Shown here: positions 21,032 to 30,156 of the stretch, piece after piece
How positions within the stretch are numbered: the first letter of the stretch is position 1
Layout of the letters: each line of letters opens with the position of its first letter
DNA from: an uncultured Thermoplasmatales archaeon
Lineage (GTDB): Archaea > Thermoplasmatota > E2 > DHVEG-1
Direction of reading: 5' to 3'
DNA: 64,000 nt
NCBI GenBank assembly: GCA_964518165.1
Contig: CAZFFN010000086.1
Span: forward strand, 6,408-70,407
Position numbers and translations under genes: made by a program
The notes under the pieces: model-generated
Databases searched by the model: none
What the model was told of the DNA's origin: nothing
Seen by the model: the letters and a program-made list of their open reading frames with translations, nothing else

Positions 21032-22120
21032 ATGGCTAAAAAAGACTACTATGACATACTCGGCGTAGAAAAAGATGCATCTAAATCAGATATAAAAAAA
21101 GCATATAGAAAACTTGCTTTAAAATATCATCCAGATAAAAATAAAAGTAAAGATGCTGAAGAAAAATTCAAAGAAATATCTGAAGCATATGCAGTCTTAC
21201 ATGATGATGAAAAAAGACAGATGTATGATCAATACGGTCACTCTGGAATAGATCAACAGTTCAGTAGAGAAGATATCTTTAGAAACGCTGATTTCGGAGA
21301 TATTTTTAGAAACATGGGCTTTGGTTTTGATATAAATGATATCTTCAATGAGTTCTTCGGCGGGCGCAGAGGATATAGGAGAAGACAGAGAAGAGCCCGC
21401 GGTGCAGATCTTCGATATGACATGCAGATAAACCTTGAAGATGCATATAAAGGCATAGAGACAACCATAAGAGTACCACGTACTGAAACTTGTGAAGAAT
21501 GTAACGGATCTGGTGCAAAGAAAGGAACAAGTCCAAAGACTTGCCCTAAATGCAATGGCACTGGACAGATGAAAACAAGCCGAAGAACAGCTTTTGGAAT
21601 GTTCACTCAAGTTTCAGCCTGCAATAAATGTGGTGGTGCTGGAAAGATTATTGATAAGCCGTGTCCAGAATGTAGAGGAAAAGGAACTGTACAAAAGACT
21701 AGAGACATAGAAATAAAGATTCCATCAGGTGTTGATGATGGATCACAATTAAGACTATCTGGTGAAGGAGAAGCAGGACCCGGTGGAACAGGTGATCTGT
21801 ATATAGTAGTTCATGTGAAAAACCATCCAAAGTTCAAAAGGCGACATTTAGATTTATACACCTCAATAGATATTTCCTTTCCAGAAGCAGCGCTTGGTAC
21901 AAAAAAAGAAATACAAACAATAGAGGGAAAAACTGAGGATATCAAAATTCCAAAAGGCGTTCAAAACAATGAAATAATAAAAGTTAAAGGAAAAGGCATG
22001 CCTGATGTGAGAAGTAGATTTAGAGGAGACTTGCTTGTAAATATCAAGATAAAAACACCTGAAAAAATATCTAGAAAAGCAAAAAAATTACTTGAAGAAC
22101 TAAGAGACGAGCTAAAATAA
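21032..22120 (+). CDS. dnaJ: Chaperone DnaJ
   Basis: J-domain HPD, G/F region, four CxxCxGxG motifs. Confidence 0.98.
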   Translation: MAKKDYYDILGVEKDASKSDIKKAYRKLALKYHPDKNKSKDAEEKFKEISEAYAVLHDDEKRQMYDQYGHSGIDQQFSREDIFRNADFGDIFRNMGFGFDINDIFNEFFGGRRGYRRRQRRARGADLRYDMQINLEDAYKGIETTIRVPRTETCEECNGSGAKKGTSPKTCPKCNGTGQMKTSRRTAFGMFTQVSACNKCGGAGKIIDKPCPECRGKGTVQKTRDIEIKIPSGVDDGSQLRLSGEGEAGPGGTGDLYIVVHVKNHPKFKRRHLDLYTSIDISFPEAALGTKKEIQTIEGKTEDIKIPKGVQNNEIIKVKGKGMPDVRSRFRGDLLVNIKIKTPEKISRKAKKLLEELRDELK

Positions 22121-22181
22121 AGGAAAATATTTAAATAATATTAAAAATAAATAAGTTTGAAATTGTAAGGGAGGTAAATAT

Positions 22182-22757
22182 ATGATACCAGATGATGAAG
22201 ACAGAGATAAAAGAAAAAAACGACGTAATAATCCATTTGACATGTTTGGATTTGATGACGATTTTATTAAAGATCTCTTTGATGATGACAGAATCAAAGA
22301 AGATATAAAAAGAATGACTGAAGAAATGATGAAAATGTTTTCAAATGTTCAACCCGGTAAATCATTTGTACATGGATACAAGATAAACATAGGACCTGAT
22401 GGAAAACCTAGAATTGAAGATTTTGGAAATAAAACCAAAAAATCACCTGAAGGTAAATCATCAATATCTGAAGAAAGAGAGCCAATCACAGATATAATCG
22501 AAGGAGATAATGATGTAGCAATAACCGTTGAAATACCAGGTGTTGAAAAAGAAAACATTGATTTGAATGTTACTAGAGACACACTTGAGATAGATGTTGA
22601 TTCACCAAATAGAAAATATCATAAGAAACTTGATCTACCATGTGATGTTAAACCAAAGACTACAAAAGCTACATACAAAAATGGGGTACTAGATATAGTA
22701 CTAAAACGTAAATCAAAAAAGAAAGAAGGCGAAGGATATCATGTAGACATCGAATAA
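22182..22757 (+). CDS. hsp20: Archaeal small heat-shock protein Hsp20
   Basis: EREPITDI, EIPGVEKENI, ATYKNGVLDI. Confidence 0.93.
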   Translation: MIPDDEDRDKRKKRRNNPFDMFGFDDDFIKDLFDDDRIKEDIKRMTEEMMKMFSNVQPGKSFVHGYKINIGPDGKPRIEDFGNKTKKSPEGKSSISEEREPITDIIEGDNDVAITVEIPGVEKENIDLNVTRDTLEIDVDSPNRKYHKKLDLPCDVKPKTTKATYKNGVLDIVLKRKSKKKEGEGYHVDIE

Positions 22758-22853
22758 TTTTTTCTTCTTTTTTTATTTAATTACAAATAAAATCTTATTA
22801 TTAATATTTAATAGGGGAAATATTTATATACCAAATCTCTATGTCCCTAACCT

Positions 22854-22921
22854 AAGGATGGGGTAACTATTACCTACTATTCATTTTATCACATCATTTT
22901 ATTTTTTAAAACCCCATCCTT
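22854..22921. repeat. Perfect 11-bp inverted repeat AAGGATGGGGT/ACCCCATCCTT
   Basis: Arms at 22854-22864 and 22911-22921, AT-rich 46-nt loop. Confidence 0.9.
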
Positions 22922-22948
22922 TCACACCCCACAAAAAAAATAAAAATA

Positions 22949-23419
22949 TTATTTGACAAGATTGCCAAATGTTTTTTTCAAAATCGTTTTTACATCACTT
23001 GAGTTGATGCTAGTGAATTTAAAGGTTTCTTTACCATTGCTCCACTTAATTCGAATTTCATTAGGTCTTCTTTTCTCATCTGAAAAATTCATATAATTCT
23101 TGATTCTAATTTTTTTAACCTCATTAACTGATATACTATAATTATTAGGATTTTCATTTAATATGTTTTCAACAGGCATAGAATAATATTTTTCATGGAT
23201 GTTTCTAGATGATGTCATAGTATTAGCCCAACTTTTTAAAAAACCTGCGCCCTGTGATTTTGATTGCTCACGCGCCTTTTTAGCTTCTTCTTTGATCATT
23301 TCACTAGTTAAGGTTGCTACGATTAAACGATTGTTTGTAACAACTAAGTTGTATGCTTTCTGGCCTAAAAAACCTGCATTAGTGTTTGGAATAATTCCTA
23401 CAATTTCTTCAGATGTCAT
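22949..23419 (-). CDS. Hypothetical protein (possibly PH-like fold)
   Basis: 156-aa ORF; beta-rich pattern (YNLVVTNNRLIV). Confidence 0.7.
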   Translation of the reverse strand: MTSEEIVGIIPNTNAGFLGQKAYNLVVTNNRLIVATLTSEMIKEEAKKAREQSKSQGAGFLKSWANTMTSSRNIHEKYYSMPVENILNENPNNYSISVNEVKKIRIKNYMNFSDEKRRPNEIRIKWSNGKETFKFTSINSSDVKTILKKTFGNLVK

Positions 23420-23693
23420 AGCTTTAGTGTATAAATATTTGATATATAAAAGTGGGCTTAGCCTAACTAAATATATATTACAGAAAGAATTACTTTGGGT
23501 TAAAAAACGAATTTATGACAAAGATAAAGATCTGTGGGTTTCACTTTACAAATAATAAATAGAAATCCATCATTTAACTAGAATAGTTTGATTTGTATTA
23601 TTGCAGATATTTAATATAAATAAATTAATTAATACTTTTAATTACCTCTCTTGACAAACTATTTATAATATATTCGTTGATTTAAAAAATGAG

Positions 23694-24536
23694 ATGTTAA
23701 TTAACAGACAAAAGTGTCTATACTACTTTATTAAAAGGATAAATGAATGTTCAAAATTAAACTTAGCAAAAATATTTTTTACAATATCAAAAGAAAGTAA
23801 CATAAATCAAAATTTCAAATTTTACAATTTTTTACCCTATAAATTTGGACCATATTCATTTGAACTTTTTCATGACCTTGAAAAATTAGAAGAAGAAAAA
23901 ATTATAAAAACAGATGAAAAACAAATAAAATTTTTAGGTGAAAATAATAAAATACAAATCCCAGAAACAATATCTAATAAAGTAGATCATTTCATAAAGA
24001 ATTTTTCAGAAATGAATGAAGATGAATTAATAAAATATGTTTACAATCGTTATCCTGAATATACAATTTTCAGTAAAATCGAAAAAAGGAAAAAATATCT
24101 TCGAGATCAAAAAGGTATTTATACAATAGGATACGAAGGAAAATCAATAGATGAATTTTTGAATGAACTAATACAAAATAAGATTGAATATCTTATTGAT
24201 GTTAGAAAAAATCCATGGAGTATGAAATTTGGATATAAAAAATATCAATTAAAATCATTAACTAACAAAATTAACATAAAATACAAAAACATGCCGGAAT
24301 TAGGTATACTAAGTGAAAAAAGAAAGGACCTTGATAGCAAGGATGATTACAAGAAATTACTTGGAGAATACTCTAAAAATTTAATACAGAAGAATAATGA
24401 AATAAATTTTTTGAAAAAATTAGCTGAAAAACGTAAAACAGCATTGATGTGCTTTGAAAAAAACCCAGAGATGTGTCATCGGAGAATCCTTGGTGAAAAA
24501 TTGATGGATCTTGGAGCCGAGGTGACGCTTAATTAA
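23694..24536 (+). CDS. DUF488-family protein fused to N-terminal SocA/Panacea(DUF4065)-like domain
   Basis: YKFGPYSFEL in the N-domain; IYTIGYEG, LIDVR, LMCFE..P..CHR in the C-domain. Confidence 0.85.
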   Translation: MLINRQKCLYYFIKRINECSKLNLAKIFFTISKESNINQNFKFYNFLPYKFGPYSFELFHDLEKLEEEKIIKTDEKQIKFLGENNKIQIPETISNKVDHFIKNFSEMNEDELIKYVYNRYPEYTIFSKIEKRKKYLRDQKGIYTIGYEGKSIDEFLNELIQNKIEYLIDVRKNPWSMKFGYKKYQLKSLTNKINIKYKNMPELGILSEKRKDLDSKDDYKKLLGEYSKNLIQKNNEINFLKKLAEKRKTALMCFEKNPEMCHRRILGEKLMDLGAEVTLN

Positions 24537-25305
24537 TTGGGAAAAAAAGAAGGTAACAGTCATAACAAAAGCCTATCCTGAAAAAAGTAGAAAACATGGT
24601 ACTGTAGCATGTACAGCAGGAATTACAGATGATAATAAACTTATACGTATGTATCCAATAGATATGAGACATTTTACAGGAAAAAATAAGATATCAAAAT
24701 TTGATGTTTTAGAAGTCGAATGCAAAAAGGATAATGATAAGTTAGGCAGGAAAGAAAGTTATAAAGTAAGATCAAATACAATCAAACTTCTAAACAAAGA
24801 TCTAAGCAAACCAAAACCTAAATGGAAAGAGAGAAATCAAGTTATTTTACCTAGTTTATCAAATTCTATTCAAGAATTAAAAGATTTATATGAAGAAGAT
24901 AAAACTTCTATGGGAATTATCAAACCAACAGATTTAATAGATTTTATTAAAACAGATAAATTAGAACTTTTTGAAAAGGAAGGTTGGTCATTTACTAAAA
25001 CATTAGACGGAAGAAGAATTCCGAATGTAACCAAGATGCCACATATTTTTAAATATAAATTCAAATGTAAATGTTGCCAGGATAAAATACATGAAATGCA
25101 GTGCGAAGATTGGGAGCTTTTTGAGTCTTATAGAAGTTGGGGAAAAAGATACAAAGACCCTATAATTCTTTGGGATAAACTATATTATAGATTTTACGAA
25201 TGGATGAAAGAAAAACGTAATCTCTATTTGATTATGGGTATGTATTCACAATATCCTACTTGGTTTATTATTGGGTTATACTATCCTCCTAAAAATTTAA
25301 TATGA
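24532..25305 (+). CDS. Conserved hypothetical partner of DUF488; frame extends 5' of the ATG at 24649
   Basis: In-frame WEKKKVTVITKAYPEKSRKHGTVACTAG upstream of 24649; CKCC, EDWE, IIGLYYPPK. Confidence 0.75.
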   Translation: MNWEKKKVTVITKAYPEKSRKHGTVACTAGITDDNKLIRMYPIDMRHFTGKNKISKFDVLEVECKKDNDKLGRKESYKVRSNTIKLLNKDLSKPKPKWKERNQVILPSLSNSIQELKDLYEEDKTSMGIIKPTDLIDFIKTDKLELFEKEGWSFTKTLDGRRIPNVTKMPHIFKYKFKCKCCQDKIHEMQCEDWELFESYRSWGKRYKDPIILWDKLYYRFYEWMKEKRNLYLIMGMYSQYPTWFIIGLYYPPKNLI

Positions 25306-25528
25306 ATTCTAATTCCAAAAAAATTAATTTTTAATTTAGGAATACTTTTACTAATTTCTACAGGATTTTTATAATTAAAGAAATTCTTTCAAATTTTACA
25401 AAATAATCAAAAAATTATATTATTAACTTTAATGACCACTATAGCGCTGAAACACTCTATTAGCCTGGTGTCATGATAGAATGAGTATTATATCCTCAAG
25501 AGAGAATTGAGAATCAATTTGTTATAAA

Positions 25529-25714
25529 GAAAAAGGAAAAATTACTAATAAAGAATATCAAAATGTTTGTAACATTTCAGATAGAACAGCCACTCGGGAA
25601 TTGTCAGATCTTGTCTCTAAAAAGATCGTGAAGAAAATAGGAACAACTGGAAGAGGAACCTCATATATTTTAAGACGTCATAATGCCGACAAAGACGCCA
25701 AAAAGAAGCCATAA
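25529..25714 (+). pseudogene. Remnant C-terminal wHTH of a RecG-C/Schlafen(AlbA_2)-type protein
   Basis: EKGKITNKEYQNVCNISDRTATRELSDLVSKKIVKKIGTTGRGTSY; no start codon, upstream sequence degraded. Confidence 0.65.
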
Positions 25715-25784
25715 TGGCGCCTAATTTGGATTAAATTATTTTTAGAAATTTCCCTAAAAAATTATTTATATTTAGAAATAATAA

Positions 25785-25857
25785 TGGGCTTAGCCGGATT
25801 TGAACCGGCGAACTTCGCCATGTGAAGGCGACGTCATAACCACTAGACCATAAGCCC
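25785..25857 (-). tRNA. tRNA-Val(CAC)
   Basis: GGGCTTA/TAAGCCC acceptor stem; TCGCC-TTCACAT-GGCGA anticodon arm; GGTTCAAATCC. Confidence 0.97.
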
Positions 25858-25996
25858 AAGAAAACAACTATTTCAACTAAATATGATGAATATGTTAAAA
25901 CATTTTCGAAAAAATACCTAAAAAAACAATCTTTTTTAGAAAAAATTTATCAACTAATAGGGTGTTTATATTTTTGTAATAAATAATTTATTATTA

Positions 25997-26563
25997 ATGG
26001 GGGCGTCAAATTATATGTCACTTTTAGACATTTTCAAGAAAAACAAAAATGAAAAAAAAGAAGAACAAAACAAAGAAATGCAAGTAGAAGAAAAACAGGT
26101 AGCTGAAGAGCCCGTAGAAACAGAAGTAATTGCTGAATACAATGAAACACTAGAAACCACTTCAAAAAATAAAAAATCACAAAAAAAAGTAACTCCAAAA
26201 GATGAATACATATGGCGAGATGTAGATGCCATTGAAGAAAACATAGATAACCTACATATAAAAACTGCAAAAAAACCATCAAATAAACTAGATAAAAAAG
26301 TAGACACTATTATAGAAAAAACAAAAAAGAAACATATTAGAAAACCATCAAATGTAATCTATGTTGTAAGTAAACCTCAACCAGGACAAGTTCGAGGTGA
26401 CTGGGCTGTAAGAGGACATAAAAAGATATACAGCCATCATCGTAAAAAGGAAAACGCTATAAAAAACGCTAGGGAAATAGCAAAAAAAAGAGACGCAACT
26501 GTTATGGTACAAAATACTGATGGTACATTCAGTGATGGATTCAAACCAAGATCAAAAAAATAA
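25997..26563 (+). CDS. DUF2188-like domain protein with long charged N-terminal region
   Basis: GDWAVRG...AIKNAREIAKKRDATVMVQNTDG. Confidence 0.75.
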   Translation: MGASNYMSLLDIFKKNKNEKKEEQNKEMQVEEKQVAEEPVETEVIAEYNETLETTSKNKKSQKKVTPKDEYIWRDVDAIEENIDNLHIKTAKKPSNKLDKKVDTIIEKTKKKHIRKPSNVIYVVSKPQPGQVRGDWAVRGHKKIYSHHRKKENAIKNAREIAKKRDATVMVQNTDGTFSDGFKPRSKK

Positions 26564-26585
26564 TTTTTTTTTTATTTGTGTTTAA

Positions 26586-27104
26586 ATGACAGCGGTTCTA
26601 AGAATAGGTCATAGAATACCTAGAGACAAAAGAATAACAACACATGTAGCACTCGTAGCCCGTGCTTTTGGTGCAGATAAGATATATATAGATAAAAAAG
26701 ACAAAAAAATCGAAGAAACAATACGCTCAACATGTGAACGTTTTGGAAAAGGTTTTAAAATAGAAACAGGTGTTAATCCAAGAAAAATAATTAAAGAATG
26801 GAAAGGGATTGTAGTACATCTCACAATGTATGGAGAAAAATTAGATACATTTATTGAAAAAAATGTTGATGAAGATATATTAGTAATAGTTGGTGCAGAA
26901 AAAGTACCTTTTGAAATATATGAACTAGCCCATTACAATATATCAATTGGAAACCAGCCACATTCTGAAGTAGCAGCATTAGCAATTTTTCTAGACAGAA
27001 TCAAAAAAGGAGAATGGGTAAACAAAGAATTTTTTGGAAAAATGAAAATATTACCTAGTAATTCAGTAAAGAAAGTAATATCTGAGGACCAAGTACATGA
27101 ATAG
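26586..27104 (+). CDS. trm56: tRNA (cytidine-56-2'-O)-methyltransferase aTrm56
   Basis: LRIGHR..RDKRITTHVALVARAFGA, VHLTMYG, IGNQPHSEVAALA. Confidence 0.96.
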   Translation: MTAVLRIGHRIPRDKRITTHVALVARAFGADKIYIDKKDKKIEETIRSTCERFGKGFKIETGVNPRKIIKEWKGIVVHLTMYGEKLDTFIEKNVDEDILVIVGAEKVPFEIYELAHYNISIGNQPHSEVAALAIFLDRIKKGEWVNKEFFGKMKILPSNSVKKVISEDQVHE

Positions 27105-27618
27105 GATTCCTACATCTAGTGAATGCATAGAATACTTAAAAAAAGCAGGATGCTCAAATGCTGTAATAGAACACTGCAAAGCAGTTAGAGACTATGCAGT
27201 AAGAATTGCAGAAAAGGCTGATGCAGATATAGAACTAGTAAATGCAGGAGCTCTTTTACATGATATAGGTAGATCAAAGACACATAGTATAAATCATGTG
27301 CTTGAAGGTGTAAGAATCGCTAAGAAATTTGGGCTTTCTGAAAAAGTAATTAGAATAATTGAAAGACATATTGGAGCAGGAATAACTAGCGAGGAAGCAG
27401 AAAAACTAGGTCTACCTCCTAACAACTATATTCCGGTGACTCTTGAGGAAAAAATAGTCTGTCATGCTGATAACTTGATTCAACGTGGTAGAAAACAAAG
27501 TGTTGAAAAGGAAGTTAAAAAGGCTCTAAAGAAAGGAAACAAAGAGTTTGCCACACGCTTAGTTGATCTGCATAAAGAACTAAGTAATATCTGTGGAATA
27601 GATATAAGTGATATCTAG
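27097..27618 (+). CDS. HD-domain phosphohydrolase (TIGR00295-like)
   Basis: ALLHDIGRS, RHIGAG, EEKIVCHADN. Confidence 0.9.
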   Translation: MNRIPTSSECIEYLKKAGCSNAVIEHCKAVRDYAVRIAEKADADIELVNAGALLHDIGRSKTHSINHVLEGVRIAKKFGLSEKVIRIIERHIGAGITSEEAEKLGLPPNNYIPVTLEEKIVCHADNLIQRGRKQSVEKEVKKALKKGNKEFATRLVDLHKELSNICGIDISDI

Positions 27619-27803
27619 TCTTACAGTACATCCGAATGTAAAAAAATGAGAAAGAAAACAGATTTATAAGAAGTAAAAATACTCTTAGAACAATCACTTT
27701 TAAAGGTTTTATCTTTATTTTTCTGAGAAAGAATAGTATTTTTCTCATTTTTACTAAGTTTTACATCAAAAACAGGTGATATTTCAGTATAAATCATCTA
27801 TTG

Positions 27804-28115
27804 TTATTGATATCCTTTTCCTCGAATAAAAAACATAGTAAGTATTATGGTTTTATTTGTTTCATCTATCTCATATACTAATCTATATTTTCCTAATCTT
27901 AATCGATATACTGATTCTTTTTTTGGAGATATAAGTTTTATATCCAGTTTTGGGTGTTTCTTATGAGGATCAATCTTTAATTCATCAATAACTGTCTGAA
28001 TATTTGACAATACTGATTTATCTCCACTCTTTAGAATTTTTTTAACATCTTTTAAAAAATTTTTACCTTGAATGATTTTATAAGAATTTGATTTTTTATT
28101 TAGTCCCGATTTACC
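27804..28115 (-). CDS. RelE/ParE-family toxin (start codon unclear)
   Basis: YKIIQGKNFLKDVKK N-terminus upstream of TTG 28010; YRLRLGKYRLVYEID. Confidence 0.85.
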   Translation of the reverse strand, partial: GKSGLNKKSNSYKIIQGKNFLKDVKKILKSGDKSVLSNIQTVIDELKIDPHKKHPKLDIKLISPKKESVYRLRLGKYRLVYEIDETNKTIILTMFFIRGKGYQ

Positions 28116-28352
28116 TCAAGCATCTTTTAATGCATCTTCTATATCATCAGACTCAACATAATCTCCGGCTTTAATTTTTTGCATCCTTTTTTTATGTTCC
28201 TTGAGAACATGATTATAAAATTTCTTTTCTTCAATTTGACTCATAAATTCATTGATGAGGTCATCAAAACTCATGTTGCCATGTTTATAAAGAACAAGTT
28301 TTTCATATGTTTTAGATGTAACATTAATTGTTTTATAATTCATAGTTACCAT
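28116..28352 (-). CDS. Antitoxin, RHH-like N-terminus
   Basis: KTINVTSKTYEKL...SFDDLI; directly upstream of the toxin. Confidence 0.8.
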   Translation of the reverse strand: MVTMNYKTINVTSKTYEKLVLYKHGNMSFDDLINEFMSQIEEKKFYNHVLKEHKKRMQKIKAGDYVESDDIEDALKDA

Positions 28353-28377
28353 AACTACTATAGTTATAATAACTATA
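28343..28377. promoter_or_regulatory. Operator-like array of alternating TAGTTA/TAACTA half-sites over the antitoxin start
   Basis: Half-sites at 28343, 28352, 28361 and 28370; 19-bp palindrome at 28359-28377. Confidence 0.6.
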
Positions 28378-28555
28378 AATATTTTTCTATGAATATACCC
28401 GTTTTATCAGTTTTTATCTTTATTTTTCTGAGAAAGAAGGCAGGTAAAATAGAAGAGGTTTCTGAGAAATTTGGAATATTGCTTGATTTAAAAACATTTG
28501 AACCAGAAAAGATAAATATAGTATTGTTTATTTTGCATCTCCTCAAAAGACACAT

Positions 28556-28640
28556 GCAGGGGTAGCCAAGCCTGGCCAACGGCGCAAGGTTGAGGGCCTT
28601 GTCCTGTAGAGGTCCGCGAGTTCAAATCTCGTCCCCTGCA
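28556..28640 (+). tRNA. tRNA-Leu(GAG)
   Basis: GCAGGGG/CCCCTGC acceptor; CAAGG-TTGAGGG-CCTTG; long variable arm; GAGTTCAAATCTC. Confidence 0.97.
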
Positions 28641-28789
28641 TTTTTTATTAATTCAAATTTTTATAAAACTATCAAACCCTAATTTTAAAGGAAAATGTTT
28701 TAAAATTGTCTACATTAACTGACAGAAAATACATATTATTGTCGACTACAATAGAAACACTTATAAATATAAACAAAATACTTATATTT

Positions 28790-30070
28790 ATGCTTGAAGA
28801 AGCAATAAGAAAATGGAATCCTTGGTGGGCAGATGCTGAATCAATAGAAAAACTTTCAGGTGTTAAAAGACACAAAACAAGTAATATAAAAGACACTCTT
28901 GAATTAAAGCAGATAAAAGATGTAATAGGAGTTAGAAGATCAGGTAAAACAACTATTCTATATCAAATTATAAAAATTTTAGAAGAAAAAAAAATAAGTC
29001 CAAAAAATATAGTTTTTTTAAACTTTGATGATACCGAGATAAATGCTGCTCCATTTGATGAAATTATTAAAGCTATTGAAAAAATAAATCCAGAGATTAA
29101 CTATCTTTTTTTAGATGAAATACAACAAAAAAAGGAGTGGGAGAGATGGATAAGGACACTTTATGATACAAATAAATTTAAACAAGTGTTTGTCTCAGGC
29201 TCCTCTGCATCTCTTCTTTCAAAAGATATTGGAAGAGTTTTAACTGGGAGGCATATAACATTTACAGTTTTTCCTTTTTCATTTAAGGAATATTTGGTAT
29301 TTCTTGGTTGGGATGATTTTTCAAAAGATTTTTTAGAATATAATAAAAATAAAATCCTACATCATTTAAGCACCTATATCAAAGGAGGCGGATTTCCTGA
29401 AACAATTGGTAAAGATGAATATCAAAGAAAAATTATTCTCACAAATATTTATAATGATATTCTTTCAAGAGATATTTCTGCTAGATATAACGTTTCATAT
29501 GATATTACAAGAAAAATAAGTTATCATTTGTTAAGCAATAATGGTAAAGAATTTTCTTATAGAAGTATTGCTAATGCAGTAGATGTAAGTGTTGAAACAG
29601 TCGAAAAATATTTAGAATATCTCAAAGAATCTTTTATTATATTAACACTAAATGTTTTTTCATATAAAACCAAAGTTCAATTTAAACAAAATAAAAAAAG
29701 TTATAGTATTGATACCGGTCTTAGAAACGCTGTTTCTTTTAGATTTACAAAAGACTTAGGTAGACTTGCAGAAAATATTGTTTTTTTGGAACTTTTAAGA
29801 AGAGGAAAAGATGTATTCTTCTGGAAAGACAAAAAAAATCATGAAGTTGATTTTGTAATAAAAGAAGGATTAAAACCGGCTAATTTAATTCAGGTCTGTT
29901 GGGATATTAAAAAAGAAAAAACAAAAAAACGAGAAATAGATGGTTTACTATCTGCTATGGATACTTTTAACATTAAAAAAGGTATAATTCTTACTGAAGA
30001 TTATGAAGAAATTATCAGACACAATAAAAAAACAATCAAATATATACCTATTTGGAAATGGTTATTATAA
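28790..30070 (+). CDS. AAA_14 + DUF4143 ATP-binding protein
   Basis: GVRRSGKT, FLDEIQ, SGSS, GGFPE, YSIDTGLR, HEVDFV. Confidence 0.93.
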   Translation: MLEEAIRKWNPWWADAESIEKLSGVKRHKTSNIKDTLELKQIKDVIGVRRSGKTTILYQIIKILEEKKISPKNIVFLNFDDTEINAAPFDEIIKAIEKINPEINYLFLDEIQQKKEWERWIRTLYDTNKFKQVFVSGSSASLLSKDIGRVLTGRHITFTVFPFSFKEYLVFLGWDDFSKDFLEYNKNKILHHLSTYIKGGGFPETIGKDEYQRKIILTNIYNDILSRDISARYNVSYDITRKISYHLLSNNGKEFSYRSIANAVDVSVETVEKYLEYLKESFIILTLNVFSYKTKVQFKQNKKSYSIDTGLRNAVSFRFTKDLGRLAENIVFLELLRRGKDVFFWKDKKNHEVDFVIKEGLKPANLIQVCWDIKKEKTKKREIDGLLSAMDTFNIKKGIILTEDYEEIIRHNKKTIKYIPIWKWLL

Positions 30071-30156
30071 AGATATAATAAATATAGTAAATATGGTATA
30101 TGTATATATACAAATTGATGTTGTTACTCCTTTGGAAGTTGTCGATTATAAATAAC

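Larger units (their letters stand above)
23453..25795. mobile_element. tRNA-Val-anchored micro-island (no integrase)
   Basis: TGGGCTTAGCC at 23453-23463 duplicates the tRNA-Val 3' end at 25785-25795. Confidence 0.6.
27707..28438. repeat. 27-bp direct repeat TTTTATCTTTATTTTTCTGAGAAAGAA flanking a TA cassette
   Basis: Exact copies at 27707-27733 and 28412-28438. Confidence 0.9.

Noticed and set aside
28116-28118. Selenocysteine recoding of the antitoxin TGA
   Set aside because: No catalytic context or SECIS-like element seen; generic readthrough remains possible.
28179-28579. ORFs 28179-28565(+) and 28373-28579(-) spanning the TA promoter
   Set aside because: They overlap the antitoxin, repeat and tRNA and show no clear family motif. 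A decayed gene fragment at about 28400-28520 cannot be excluded.
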